A stretch of 64,000 nucleotides of DNA from an uncultured Gemmatimonadaceae bacterium (GTDB lineage Bacteria; Gemmatimonadota; Gemmatimonadetes; Gemmatimonadales; Gemmatimonadaceae): positions 3,392,001 through 3,456,000 of the forward strand of contig CAWJMB010000002.1 of assembly GCA_963843845.1 (NCBI GenBank), in the 5' to 3' direction. Shown in pieces: positions 51,915-62,537 of this stretch. The position numbers and the translations under genes were made by a program. Position 1 is the first letter of the stretch, and each line of letters starts with the position of its first letter. Under the pieces are notes generated by a model. It was not told the origin of the DNA. It searched no databases and was given only the letters and a program-made list of their open reading frames with translations.

Positions 51915-52517
51915 TCATGCCCCGGTCCAGTACCCGCCGGCGACACGCGCCATCGACGGCGCGTACCCCGCCTGGAGCTGCCGCGTCACGCGCTCCGCTC
52001 CCCCGGTCGCCGGGACCGCGGGACCGAACGCGACGACGCGCCGCCCCCAGTCGAACGCGACCGGCACGATCGGCACCTCCGCGCGCTCGGCGATGGCGTA
52101 GTAGCCGGTCTTCCAGGTCGCGACGGACTTGCGCGTGCCTTCTGGCGCGAGCGCGAGGATCATCTGCGGCTCGGCCGCGAACGCCGCGACCGCGTCGTCG
52201 ACCGCGCCGAGCCGCTCACCGCGACGCACGGGAATGCCGCCGAGCGAGCGCAGCACGCCGCCGAAGGGCGGCCGGAAGAGCGTGTGCTTCGCCAGCCAGC
52301 GGATGCGGAGCCCGAGCGCCAGCATCGCCAGCACGCCGAGGGGAAAGTCCCAGTTCGAGGTGTGCGGCGCGACGGCGAAGACGACGCGCGGCACGTCGGG
52401 GAGCGACCCCTCGAAGCGCCAGCCGGCCAGCGCGAGCACGCCGCGGGCGGCGGAGCGCGTGAGGAGCCCGAAGCGCCGCGGGATCGACGCGCCGATCGGA
52501 GGCAGCGGGATCGTCAG
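51915..52517 (-). CDS. 1-acyl-sn-glycerol-3-phosphate acyltransferase family; start uncertain
   Basis: APHTSNWDF, LGGIPV and APEGTRK...WKTGYY. Confidence 0.88.
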   Translation of the reverse strand: MTIPLPPIGASIPRRFGLLTRSAARGVLALAGWRFEGSLPDVPRVVFAVAPHTSNWDFPLGVLAMLALGLRIRWLAKHTLFRPPFGGVLRSLGGIPVRRGERLGAVDDAVAAFAAEPQMILALAPEGTRKSVATWKTGYYAIAERAEVPIVPVAFDWGRRVVAFGPAVPATGGAERVTRQLQAGYAPSMARVAGGYWTGA

Positions 52518-52888
52518 GAGGCGTCGGGGCGCTCGATCGGCAGCCCGTCCTCCTGCCACGCGCGCCACCCGCCGGCGACCGAGCGCACGTTCGTGTAGCC
52601 CATCTTCTGCAGCGAGTCGGCCGCGAGCGCCGAGCGGAAGCCGCCGCCGCACATGAGGAGGACTTCGCTCGAGGCGTCGGGCACGAGTCGCTCGATGTCG
52701 CGCTCGATGACGCCGCGCCCGACGTGCGTCGCGCCGGCCGGGTGCGCCTCGTTCCACTCGCGGTCCTCGCGCACGTCGATCAGCCGCGCGCCGGCGGCCT
52801 GCCGCTCGGCGGCCTCCTGCGGCGTGATCTCGGTGACGGTGCCGCGGATGCTGTCGACGATGCGGATAAAGCCGGGAGAGTGATCCAT
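52514..52888 (-). CDS. Rhodanese-like domain protein
   Basis: LIDVREDREW, CGGGFRSALAA and AGGWRAW. Confidence 0.92.
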   Translation of the reverse strand: MDHSPGFIRIVDSIRGTVTEITPQEAAERQAAGARLIDVREDREWNEAHPAGATHVGRGVIERDIERLVPDASSEVLLMCGGGFRSALAADSLQKMGYTNVRSVAGGWRAWQEDGLPIERPDAS

Positions 52889-53004
52889 GGGGCTCGCGAT
52901 GAGGGGAAGCGGAAGGCGCGCGACGAAATCGACACCGATTCGACCGTCGCCCCGTAGTATCTCGTGATCGCCGTACTTTTTCGACTTCTGACCTAGAGGA
53001 CCGC

Positions 53005-53520
53005 ATGGCCGAGTTCGGATCGAGCCGCTCCATCGTCGACCGGATGCGCGGAGCCGCCGCGCTCGACGTCGCGACATACGAAGAGGTCGAGCACGACCTC
53101 AATGCGACCGGCCAGGCGGCCGTCGTCGTCGTGCTCGCCGCGATCGCGTCCGGCATCGGCAACTACTTCCACGGCGGCCCCGGCATCATCAGCGCGCTCG
53201 TGGCCGCGCTCATCGGCTGGGCGTCGTGGGCCGGCATCACCTACTTCATCGGGACGCGCTTCTTCGGCGGCACCGCGACGTGGGGCGAGCTCCTCCGCAC
53301 GCTCGGCTTCGCGCAGTCGCCGGGGCTGCTCATGGTCCTCGGGATCATCCCGATCGTCGGCGGGCTCGTGCGCCTCGCCGTCGCCGTCTGGCTGCTGGTG
53401 GCCGGCGTCATCGCGATCCGCCAGGCGCTCGACATCGAGACCGGCAAGGCGGTGCTCGTCGGGCTCTGCGGCTGGCTCGTCTACCTCGTGCTCGGCATCC
53501 TGACGTCGATGCTGTTCTGA
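53005..53520 (+). CDS. YIP1 family membrane protein
   Basis: YEEVEHD..ATGQA, LLRTLGFAQSP and AIRQALD; five TM segments. Confidence 0.75.
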   Translation: MAEFGSSRSIVDRMRGAAALDVATYEEVEHDLNATGQAAVVVVLAAIASGIGNYFHGGPGIISALVAALIGWASWAGITYFIGTRFFGGTATWGELLRTLGFAQSPGLLMVLGIIPIVGGLVRLAVAVWLLVAGVIAIRQALDIETGKAVLVGLCGWLVYLVLGILTSMLF

Positions 53521-53740
53521 CGACCGGCGTCCGCACCGCAGCGGGGCCCAGGCGTGTTCCGCCTGGGCCTCTCGTTCGTCGGGTCCAGTCTGACCGAGCG
53601 GTCAAGAACCGGGTCGCCGCACGGGCCCCGGGGGTGCCAGGAGTGGGCGCGGATGACGAGACTACGAGGACCACGGACGACGCGCGGCAGGATGCTGCGC
53701 GGCTGCCGTCCCGCCTCGCTCTCCTCGACCGAAGCCCCGC

Positions 53741-54601
53741 ATGCGTCGACCCGCGCCCCGCAAACTGGTTCAGCACGTCCTCGTCGCCGGCACGGCCGCG
53801 CTCCTCGTCGCGGCGCGCCTGACCCCGACGCCGCAGCAGAACGGGCCGGTCGTGAAGGACGCGTACGCCCTGATGACGCGCCCCGTCGCGTCGGGCGTCC
53901 TGAGCCGCACGCCGCTCGGCGCGCTCGCGTCGCGCGGCGACAGCACTCGCGCCGGCGGCGCCTCGCTCTCGACGGCCGCGCAGACCGCGCTCGACGCGCT
54001 GCGTCCCGACGTCGCGACGCTGAGCCACCCGCGGGCGCTCGAGGACGCGTTCCGCAGCTACTTCGCGTACCGCGCGGCGCACGCCGACGCGCCGGGGAAG
54101 CCGCTGCTCTACTTCGTCGACTACGGCCTCTCCAGCACGACGCCGCGCGGCTACGTGTTCGACATGGAGAAGCTCGCGGTCGTCGACGGGCCGTTCATGG
54201 TCGCGCACGGCCGGGGCTCGCGCGCCGGCGGCGACGGCGTGCCGACGTACTTCTCGAACACCTTCGGCAGCGCGACGACGTCGCTCGGGCTGTTCGTCGC
54301 GCAGGAGCTGTACAGCTTCGTCGGCCACGCGTCGGGACGTCGGTACTCGTCGATCGGCCTGCGGCTGCAGGGCGTCTCGGGGCGCTTCAACGACAAGGCC
54401 CGCTCGAGGGGAGTCGTGGCGCATGGCGCGCCGTACGTGACGGCGTCGCGCGCGGGGCGGAGCGAAGGGTGCCCGGCGGTCGACCCGGAACGGGCGGAGC
54501 GGCTGCTGCCGAAGCTGGCGAACGGAGCGCTCGTCTTCCTCTTCGCGCCGGACGAGCGGTGGATGGCGAACGATCCGTGGCTCGCGGGGAACGCGGGGTG
54601 A
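53741..54601 (+). CDS. Murein L,D-transpeptidase catalytic domain protein (YkuD_2-like)
   Basis: VDYGLSS, VAHGRGS, FSN..GS..TSLG, GLRLQG, HGAPY and GRSEGCPAV. Confidence 0.88.
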   Translation: MRRPAPRKLVQHVLVAGTAALLVAARLTPTPQQNGPVVKDAYALMTRPVASGVLSRTPLGALASRGDSTRAGGASLSTAAQTALDALRPDVATLSHPRALEDAFRSYFAYRAAHADAPGKPLLYFVDYGLSSTTPRGYVFDMEKLAVVDGPFMVAHGRGSRAGGDGVPTYFSNTFGSATTSLGLFVAQELYSFVGHASGRRYSSIGLRLQGVSGRFNDKARSRGVVAHGAPYVTASRAGRSEGCPAVDPERAERLLPKLANGALVFLFAPDERWMANDPWLAGNAG

Positions 54602-54842
54602 GACGTCGTCGGGTCGTGGTGACGGGGCCGTTGGACCGCGAGACCGCCCGGTGGGGCTCGTCGACGTGCCGCTGAACCTCCGGCGGTAGCTGAGGCGGGG
54701 TGCGCGGCGTCTGCGGCGGCGCGCTCCCCTTCGCCGCGGCGCGCCATCCCGACGCGCGTCGTCGCCTTCGGCTCGATCGCGCCCGAGCTCCGTGACGAGC
54801 GATCTCGGGCGCGCGAACGACGTGATCGCGCTGACGACACGC

Positions 54843-55595
54843 TCACGTCAGTGCGCGGTGAAGCCACTCCGCCGCGTCGTCGATCGCGGCGTCGGGTAGA
54901 TAGTGGCCGCTCTCCCACCACCGGAGCGTCTTCGGCTCGCCCGCCGCGGCGAACAGCCGCTCTGCCTGCGCCGGCGTCACCGTGCGGTCGCGGCGGCCGT
55001 GGACCATGAGCAGCGGCCGGCCGGCGAGCGTCCGGACCGCGCGCAGCGGGTCGGCGACCGAGCGCACGAGCCGCTCGAACGGGGTGCCGTCGGGAAGATC
55101 GCCTCCCGCCGCGAGCACGACCGCCTTCACGCGTCGCACGTCCGCCGCGACGAGCACGCCGAGGAACGAGCCCATCGAGTAGCCGACGATGCCGAGGCAG
55201 TCGGCGTCGACCTCGGCGCGCGCGCCGAGGTAGCCGAGGGCGAGCCGGGCATCCGCCTGCGCCGTGCGCCACGCCGACGCGAGCGCGATCGGGTTCCGCA
55301 TCGCCTGCATGTCCGTCCCGCCGCGCCGCTCCCCGTGCAGCGGCAGGTCGATCGCGAGCGACGCGATGCCGTGGCGCAGCAGCACGCGACCGATCGTGTC
55401 GGCCATCTGCTCCTTGTGCGACGAGTAGCCGTGGAGGAGCAGCGCCGCGGGTGCCGGACGCTCGCCCCTCGGCACCGAGAGGATCGCCGGCACCCGCTCG
55501 GCGCTCCGCTCGAGGCCGAACGAGAGCGTGACGCGGCGACCGCCATCGGCGAGCGGGCGCTCGTCGCGGATCGAGTGGGCGATGCGGTCGGCCAT
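54843..55595 (-). CDS. Alpha/beta hydrolase
   Basis: LLHGYSS, DLPLHGER, GYSMG, HGRRD and GHYL. Confidence 0.88.
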   Translation of the reverse strand: MADRIAHSIRDERPLADGGRRVTLSFGLERSAERVPAILSVPRGERPAPAALLLHGYSSHKEQMADTIGRVLLRHGIASLAIDLPLHGERRGGTDMQAMRNPIALASAWRTAQADARLALGYLGARAEVDADCLGIVGYSMGSFLGVLVAADVRRVKAVVLAAGGDLPDGTPFERLVRSVADPLRAVRTLAGRPLLMVHGRRDRTVTPAQAERLFAAAGEPKTLRWWESGHYLPDAAIDDAAEWLHRALT

Positions 55596-55707
55596 GGAAG
55601 CGGCGTTGGGCGCGGACTGTCGGGCGGCCTGAGCGACCTGCGTCGTGCGCGGCGCGCGGCGTCGCGTGGCGAATGGCGTGCCGGTGCGCGGACCGATAGC
55701 CTGCGGC

Positions 55708-56211
55708 ATGACGCCACCCGCCACGCCGCGCGACGTCGCGCGCCTCGCGACGATCGGCTACGAAGGCACGACGATGGACGCGTTCCTCGCGACGCTGCGC
55801 GACGCCGGCGTCGCGCTGCTCGTCGACGTGCGCGCCGTCGCCGCCTCGCGCCGCCCCGGATTCTCGAAGACCGCGCTCGCCGCACACCTCCGTGAGGCCG
55901 GGATCGACTACCTCCACCTGCGCGCGTTAGGCACTCCGGCGGCCGGGCGCGCCGCCGCACGCGCGGGACGCCACGCCGAGATGCGGGCGATCTTCCGCGA
56001 CCACCTCACGTCGCGCGCCGCGCAGCAGGAGCTCGGCACCCTCGCCGATCTCGCGGCGGGAGGGCGGACGCTGTGCGTGCTCTGCTTCGAGGCCGACCCC
56101 GCCCACTGCCACCGCACCCTCGTCGCCGAGGCGTTAGGCGGGCGGCTGCCGCTCACGGTCGATCACCTGCGGCCAGACGCGCGAGGCTCCGGCGGTTCGC
56201 GCCCGGCTTGA
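55708..56211 (+). CDS. DUF488 family protein
   Basis: TIGYEG, LVDVR, SRRPGFSK and LCFEADPAHCHR. Confidence 0.9.
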   Translation: MTPPATPRDVARLATIGYEGTTMDAFLATLRDAGVALLVDVRAVAASRRPGFSKTALAAHLREAGIDYLHLRALGTPAAGRAAARAGRHAEMRAIFRDHLTSRAAQQELGTLADLAAGGRTLCVLCFEADPAHCHRTLVAEALGGRLPLTVDHLRPDARGSGGSRPA

Positions 56212-56273
56212 GCGTACCTTCTGTCGAGAACGGCAGCGAATCCATCCGCGATTCGCTGCAGCTGCCTGATCGG

Positions 56274-57599
56274 TCAGAAGAAGAACGTCCCGCCGCCCCC
56301 GCCGTCGCGCCCGAACCGCGGGTTGACGACGTTGTTGAGTAGGGAGCCGAACGAGTAGCTGAACCCGACGTTCGCGTAGTAGCTGTAGTTCGTCGCGAGG
56401 CGTCGCTGCTGCGTCAGGATTTCCTGATCCGTCGCGCCGCGGCGCGGCAGGTAGAGCTGATTGTTGATCGCCTCGTAGCTGCCCGAGACGTTGAAGTTGA
56501 AACCGCGGAACAGGCGCACGCTCGTCCCCGCGTAGAACGACGCCGAGTTCTTGTCCGTCGCGTCCAGGAACTGACTGAAGTCGGCGCCGCCGCTGATCGA
56601 GCCCCACGGCTGGTTCTGATAGACCGACAGATTGAGCGTGTGGAGCGGCCGCGTCTCGCGCAGCCTGGCGAAGATCGTCTCCTCCATGTAGCGGAACGTC
56701 TCCACGCCGACCGCGTACTGCAGCGTCACCGTGCGGCGCGTCGCCTCGGCGTAGGGATAGAAATCGAACTCGATCGCCGGCGTGATGCGGCCATAGAAGC
56801 GCTTGTTCTCGAACGTCGAGGCCCCGAACGAGCTGCGCAGCCCCGCCGAGAGCCGTGGCCCGAGGCTCTTCACCGCGAGCTCGCTCACCGTCGTCGAGCG
56901 CCGGATGAACGTCGACGTCTCGTCGCCGAGGCTGAAGCGGCTCTCGTTGTAGTTCTGGCGGGCGGCGACGTTGAGCTTCCACGCCGCCGTCGTGCGCCGC
57001 GCCGACGCGCTGCCGTTCACCGAGAGGTAGGAGCTCTGCTTCTCGCCGTTCGTGAACATGCTGGCGCTGAGCGTATACACCCAGAGATTCCACCGGTCGC
57101 GCGTGACCTGCCCGGCGTCGGCGCCGGTGCCGGGTCGGGGCGGTGCGAGGGTGATGAGGAGGCGCTCGACCAGCCCGGTGCGCGAGAGGAAGGGCACGAG
57201 TCCGCGCGCGATCGCCCGCGTCACGCCCCGGCGGATCTCGTCGGGGGTGGCGCCCTGCGACGCGACGAACGTCGCCGTGTCGCCGATCCCGGCGAACGCG
57301 CGCCGACCGAGGAGGGCGAGCGTGAACTCGCGCCCGCCGCCGCCGGTCGACAGCGTCGTCACGAGGATGTGCACGTCGGCGACCGTGCGGTCGCGCACCC
57401 AGTTCACGTACGTCATCTCGGTGCGCACGAAGTCCCCGTCGCACTCGTTGCAGTCGAGGAAGACCGTGACCGTCGCCGGGCGGTCGGCCGAGCGGGCGGT
57501 GTCGCGCGGCGTGCCCTGCGCGTGCAGCGGCGCCGGTGGCGGCGCGGCGAGCGCGAGAGCGGCGGCGAGGGCCGCGGCGAGCGAGCGGAGCGTGGACAC
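56274..57599 (-). CDS. Putative outer-membrane beta-barrel protein
   Basis: Signal peptide; FLDCNECD..FVRTE, DRWNLWV, alternating beta strands and YSFGSLLNNVVNPRF. Confidence 0.7.
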   Translation of the reverse strand: MSTLRSLAAALAAALALAAPPPAPLHAQGTPRDTARSADRPATVTVFLDCNECDGDFVRTEMTYVNWVRDRTVADVHILVTTLSTGGGGREFTLALLGRRAFAGIGDTATFVASQGATPDEIRRGVTRAIARGLVPFLSRTGLVERLLITLAPPRPGTGADAGQVTRDRWNLWVYTLSASMFTNGEKQSSYLSVNGSASARRTTAAWKLNVAARQNYNESRFSLGDETSTFIRRSTTVSELAVKSLGPRLSAGLRSSFGASTFENKRFYGRITPAIEFDFYPYAEATRRTVTLQYAVGVETFRYMEETIFARLRETRPLHTLNLSVYQNQPWGSISGGADFSQFLDATDKNSASFYAGTSVRLFRGFNFNVSGSYEAINNQLYLPRRGATDQEILTQQRRLATNYSYYANVGFSYSFGSLLNNVVNPRFGRDGGGGGTFFF

Positions 57600-57885
57600 G
57601 TCGGCCAGAGGGGAAAGGGAGAACGGAGCGCGCGCGGAGGGGCGGACGGGGCGGCGTGTGGAACCCTCGCACGCCGTACGACCGACTGCCTGAATCGCCG
57701 ATGACGACTGGATGAAGATTCGGTTAACGGCGTCCTTCAACTCGGCGAGCTGCGCGTTGGACACATCGAGTCGGCGGACCGACGAGCGCGCGGACGCGAC
57801 GCCCGGCCACGGCGCGGCGCTGGCGTGAGCCGACCCCGGCGGCGATCATGCCTGACCCGGCCGTTCTCCTCCCCTTCCGTTCCTC

Positions 57886-60800
57886 ATGCGGCGCAACGCT
57901 TCGCTCCTGCTCACCCTCCTCGCGCCGGTCGTCCTCGGCGCGCAGACGATCAGCACCGACCCGGCGCGGCCGGGGCGCGCGGCCGACCAGCCGATCGACA
58001 CGGCGTACACGCGCAAGATTCGCGAGTACACGACCGAGCCGTTCTTCCTGTCGCCGCTCGTCGACTACCTGCCGGCGTCGGCGACCGTGCCGACGCCGAA
58101 GGCGGTGCTCGGCGACATCGCCGGGGCGCGAAGACAACCTGCCGTATTCGAAGGAGGTCTACGACTACATGCGGCATGCTCGAGAAGGCGAGCCCGCGCG
58201 TGAAGGTCTTCTCGATCGGCACGACCGAGGAAGGGCGCGAGATGATCGCCGTCGCGGTCGCCAGCGAGACGCTCATCAGCCGACCTGGACGCGGATCGCG
58301 CGAAGCTCGCGCAGCTCGCCGACCCGCGCACGATCGGGATGGACGACGCGCGCGCCGCGGCGATCGTGAAGGACGTCGCGCCGGTCTACTACATCACCGG
58401 GACGATCCACTCGACGGAGAGCGGCGCGCCGACGGCGCTGATGGAGCTGGCCTATCGCCTCGCCGTCGACGAGAGCCCGTACATGAAGCACATCCGCGAC
58501 AACGTCATCACGCTCATCACGCCGATCGTCGAAGTCGACGGCCGCGATCGCGATGGTGGACGTGTTCAGAAGTGGCACATGGCGCACCCGAGCGAGACGT
58601 ACCCGAACCTGCTCTACTGGGGCAAGTACGTCGCGCACGACAACAATCGCGACGCGATGGCGCTCACGCTCAAGCTGTCGCAGAACGTCCTGAACGCCTA
58701 CGTCGGCTGGAAGGCGCAGGTCCTGCACGACCTGCACGAGTCGGGCGTCGTTCCTCTACGACAACACCATCGGCGACGGTCCCTACAACGCGTGGCTCGA
58801 CCCGCTCGCTCACGAACGAATGGCAGCTCCTCGGCTGGAACAACGTGCAGGAGATGACGCGGCTCGGGATGCCGGGCGTCTACACGCACGGCAACTTCGA
58901 CACGTGGTCGCCGGGCTACCTGATGTTCATGGCGGCGACGCACAACGGCATCAGCCGCCTGTACGAGACGTTCGGCAATGGCGGCACCGCCGAGACGGTC
59001 GAGCGGACGCTGACGCCCGACGAGACGTCGCGCACGTGGTTCCGGCAGAACCCGCCCCTGCCGCGCGTGAAGTGGTCGCTCCGCAACAACAACAACTACG
59101 AGCAGACCGGCCTGCTCGTCTCGCTCAACTACTTCGCGACGAACCGCGCGCCTGTTCCTCCAGAACTTCTACGAGAAGAGCAAGCGGTCGATCCTGAAGG
59201 CGCGCACCGAAGGCCCGGCGGCGTACGTCTTCCCCGCCGACGATCCGGCGGCCCGGCGCGCAGGCGGAGTCTGCTGAAGGTGCTGCAGAAGCAGCACGTG
59301 GAGATCTCGCGGGCCGACGGCGCCGTTCACCGTCGAGCGTGCCGGCCGCCGAGGCACGCGGACGGGGGTCGGGCGTCGCGGTCCGTCGATTCGACGGCGC
59401 GGTCCCCGGCTCCGACGCCCGCGCCCGGCAGCCACGAGCCGCGACAGTTCCCCGCCGGCTAGCTACGTCATCCGCATGGACCAGCCGTACTCGCGCATCG
59501 CCGACGCGCTGCTCGACTATCAGTACTGGGCCCGAACGATCCGCAGAAGACGCCGTACGACGACACCGGCTGGACGTTCCCCGAGGGCTTCGCGGTGCAG
59601 ACGGTGCGCGTCACCGACCCGAAGGTGCTCGACGCTCCGATGACAGTGCGTGACCGACACGGTCCGCGCGGCCGGTGGATCGTCGCCGGCGCCGGCGCGA
59701 CGTCGGGCGGAGTCGTCGCGATCAACGCGAACGGCGACAACGCGCTGGCGACGCTGCGCTACGAGCTGCAAGAGCGCCGACATCCAGGCCGCGGAAGAGC
59801 CGTTCGAGCGCGGCGGGCGGAAGTTCGCGCGCGGCTCGTTCATCATGCGCGGCGTCGCCGCGGCGGAGCTCGACGCGCGACGCTGAGAACGTCGGCCTCT
59901 CCGGCTACGCGCTGGCCGCCGCGCCGACCGTGAAGACGCACCCGGTGCGCGCCGCGCGCGTCGCGATCATGCACACGTGGATCTAGCACGCAGACCGAAG
60001 GGTGGTGGCGGCAGGCGTTCGACGCGTACGGCATCCCGTACGACTACATCAGCATGCAGGACGTCGCGAAGACGCCGAACCTGAACGCGAAGTACGACGT
60101 CATCCTCTTCGCCGCCGGCGGCGCGAGCGGCCAGCAGATCATCGACGGGATGCCGATGTGGCGGAACCCGATGCCGTGGAAGACCTCGCCCGAGACGCCG
60201 AACATCGGCAGCGTACGCGCAGACGGACGACATCCGCCCCGGGCTGGGCTGGCAGGGAATGGCGAACCTCAAGGCGTTCGTCGCGAACGGCGGCGTGCTC
60301 GTCGGCGTCGAACAACACCGCGGAGTTCGCGATCGCAGTACGGGCTCACGCAACGGCGTGACGATGAACCACCCGCGCGCGCGAGCGTCGTCGTCGGCTC
60401 GCTGCTGCGCACGCAGCGTCGTCGACGACGCGAGCCCGATCGTCTACGGCATCGCCGACAGCCTCGCGGTCTACAGCGACGGCGGAGAGAGCTTCAGCGT
60501 GTCGAACGGACGCGGCGGGCGCGGCGCGCGCGGGCGCCGGCGCCGGCGGGCAGCGCGCGACGGGGCGCGGCACGGCCGACGATCCGGACGTGCCGCAGGG
60601 GCGCCCCGTCGCTCGACCCGCGCAACGTGCGCCGAGCCGACGACGCCGGTGCAGCCGTGGCAGGGCGGCACGGTGACGGCGGACAGCTGCGCAATCCGCT
60701 CAACGTCATCCCGCCCGACCAGCGTCCGCGCGTCGCGCTGCGCTTCGGCGATCAGCGCGGAGCTGCTGGTGTCCGGCCTGCTCGACGGCGGCGGCGACAT

Positions 60801-60969
60801 CGCGCAGCGGCCGGTCGTCGTCGACGTGCCGGTGCAGAAGGGGCACGTGGTGCTGTTCGCGAACAATCCCGTCTACCGCGGCGAGACGATCGGGAGCTAC
60901 CCGCTCGTGCTCAACGCGATGCTGCACTGGGACAACCTGAACGCGGGGCGGAAGCTGGACGCGCGGTAG
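57886..60969 (+). CDS. M14 family zinc carboxypeptidase-like secreted protein, many frameshifts
   Basis: IGTTEEGREM, IHSTE, YVAHDNNRD, HDLHES, a C-terminal glutamine-amidotransferase-like part (YDVILF, LKAFVANGG) and GHVVLFANNP, spread over many frames. Confidence 0.85.
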
Positions 60970-61093
60970 CGCATGGGCCGCGGTCGTGCGGGCGGCGACG
61001 GGGCGGTGGTGCAGGAACACGCCCGGATTGACCGCGCGGTGACGCCCCCGTAACTCGCAGTCGACGTTCATCACACGAAGCGGAGGCGGAGCG

Positions 61094-61375
61094 ATGGCAC
61101 GACAGCACGTGCTGGCCGGACGCGCGGGCCGGGGGGCGGCGAAGTCGCGCGCGGGGGAGGCGCACGGCATGGCCCGACTGACCGAGCGGCGAGTGGTGTC
61201 GCTGCGGAAGGCCGCGTGGGCGTGGCTGGAGCGGCACCCCGACGAAGTGCTGCTGCCGGCCGCGTTCTTCCGGCGCCAGGGAGAGCGTTTCGAGGTCGCG
61301 TCGGCGACGGCGCGGGCGGCGGTCCACGGCGACACGTGGGGGCATCTCAGCGAGCCGCCACCGGTGCCGCGGTGA
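61094..61375 (+). CDS. Small protein resembling the C-terminal HTH of phage HNH endonucleases
   Basis: GEAHGMARLTERRV...FEVASATARAAVHGDTWGHL; GGAG RBS. Confidence 0.5.
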   Translation: MARQHVLAGRAGRGAAKSRAGEAHGMARLTERRVVSLRKAAWAWLERHPDEVLLPAAFFRRQGERFEVASATARAAVHGDTWGHLSEPPPVPR

Positions 61376-61410
61376 GCGGCGCGCGGTGAGCGGTGAGCGG
61401 CGCGCGGTGA
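61369..61410. repeat. Heptamer tandem repeat (GCGGTGA/GCGGCGC x6)
   Basis: gcggtga gcggcgc gcggtga gcggtga gcggcgc gcggtga. Confidence 0.7.
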
Positions 61411-61420
61411 GCCACAGGCC

Positions 61421-61858
61421 TTGAGCGACTCCGCGCGAGGCCGCCGCATCGAGGGGCGCCGATCCGGTCCTCGCGCCGCGTTCGTCGCCGCGGCGCTCGG
61501 CACGATCGTCGCGGGGCTGCTCGTGCATCGCGGCATCGTGCCGCTCGCCGCCGCGCCGCGCGACGTGCTCGGCGACGCGCTGTGGGCGATGATGATCGCG
61601 TGGTGGCTCGGCGCGCTGCTGCCGACGCGCGCGGCGTGGGAGCGAGCGGTGGGCGCACTCGCGATCTGCTGGCTCGTGGAGGGCAGTCAGCTCCTCCACA
61701 CGCCGTCGCTCGACGCGGTGCGGCGCACCACGCTCGGCCGCCTCGTGCTCGGCAGCGGGTTCGACGCCCGCGACCTCGGCGCCTACGCCGTCGGCGTCGC
61801 GGCGGCGCTCGGCGTCGAGCACGTCGCGCGACGTCGACGCTCGGCACATCCGTCGTGA
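61421..61858 (+). CDS. DUF2809-like membrane protein
   Basis: GDALWAMM, VEGSQL and RRTTLGRLVLGSGFDARDLGAY. Confidence 0.8.
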   Translation: MSDSARGRRIEGRRSGPRAAFVAAALGTIVAGLLVHRGIVPLAAAPRDVLGDALWAMMIAWWLGALLPTRAAWERAVGALAICWLVEGSQLLHTPSLDAVRRTTLGRLVLGSGFDARDLGAYAVGVAAALGVEHVARRRRSAHPS

Positions 61859-62044
61859 ACGAGCTGCTGCAGGTCGCGCTCCCCGTCAGCCACCGTCGCG
61901 TCGTCGTGCACGGCGTCGGCATCGTGACGATCGGGCAGGCGGGGCGGACAGGGTGGGCCGCCGTCCGCCTTCTACGGGCGTGACGTATACTTCGCGCACC
62001 CCTCGCGCGGCTGAGCGCCGGGCACACCAGGAGCGCACTCGCGC

Positions 62045-62443
62045 ATGACTGTCGGACGACGCGACTTCCTCGTCGCGGCCGGCGGGGCGCTCGCCGCCCT
62101 GGCCGCGTCGCCGCCGGCTCGCACCTCTCGTGAGCGTGCCATGATGTACGGTTTGATCGGCAGGATGAGGGCGACGCCCGGCCAGCGCGACGCGCTGGTG
62201 GCGATCCTGCTCGAAGGGACCGGCGCGATGCCGGGGTGCCTGAGCTACGTCGTCGCCGCCGACCCGGCCGACGCGGACGCGATCTGGATCACCGAGGTCT
62301 GGGACAGCCAGGCGAGCCACGCCGCGTCGCTGCAGCTCCCCGCCGTGCGCGACGCGATCGCCCGCGGGCGCCCGCTCATCGCCGGCTTCGACAGCTCGAC
62401 CGTGACGACGCCGCTCGGCGGCGTCGGGCTCGCGACGCGTTAG
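62045..62443 (+). CDS. ABM-family (putative quinol monooxygenase) protein with a Tat-like leader
   Basis: GRRDFL leader; MYGLIGRMRATPGQRD, MPGCLSYVV and ITEVWDS. Confidence 0.85.
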   Translation: MTVGRRDFLVAAGGALAALAASPPARTSRERAMMYGLIGRMRATPGQRDALVAILLEGTGAMPGCLSYVVAADPADADAIWITEVWDSQASHAASLQLPAVRDAIARGRPLIAGFDSSTVTTPLGGVGLATR

Positions 62444-62537
62444 GGGCCGGGGTCGCGCCGGCCGCGGGCACTCGGGGGCGGCGGGGCCGGCGCGGCCGGC
62501 AGGGCCGGCGCGCCCGATTCTCGCGTTCGGCGCTCGC

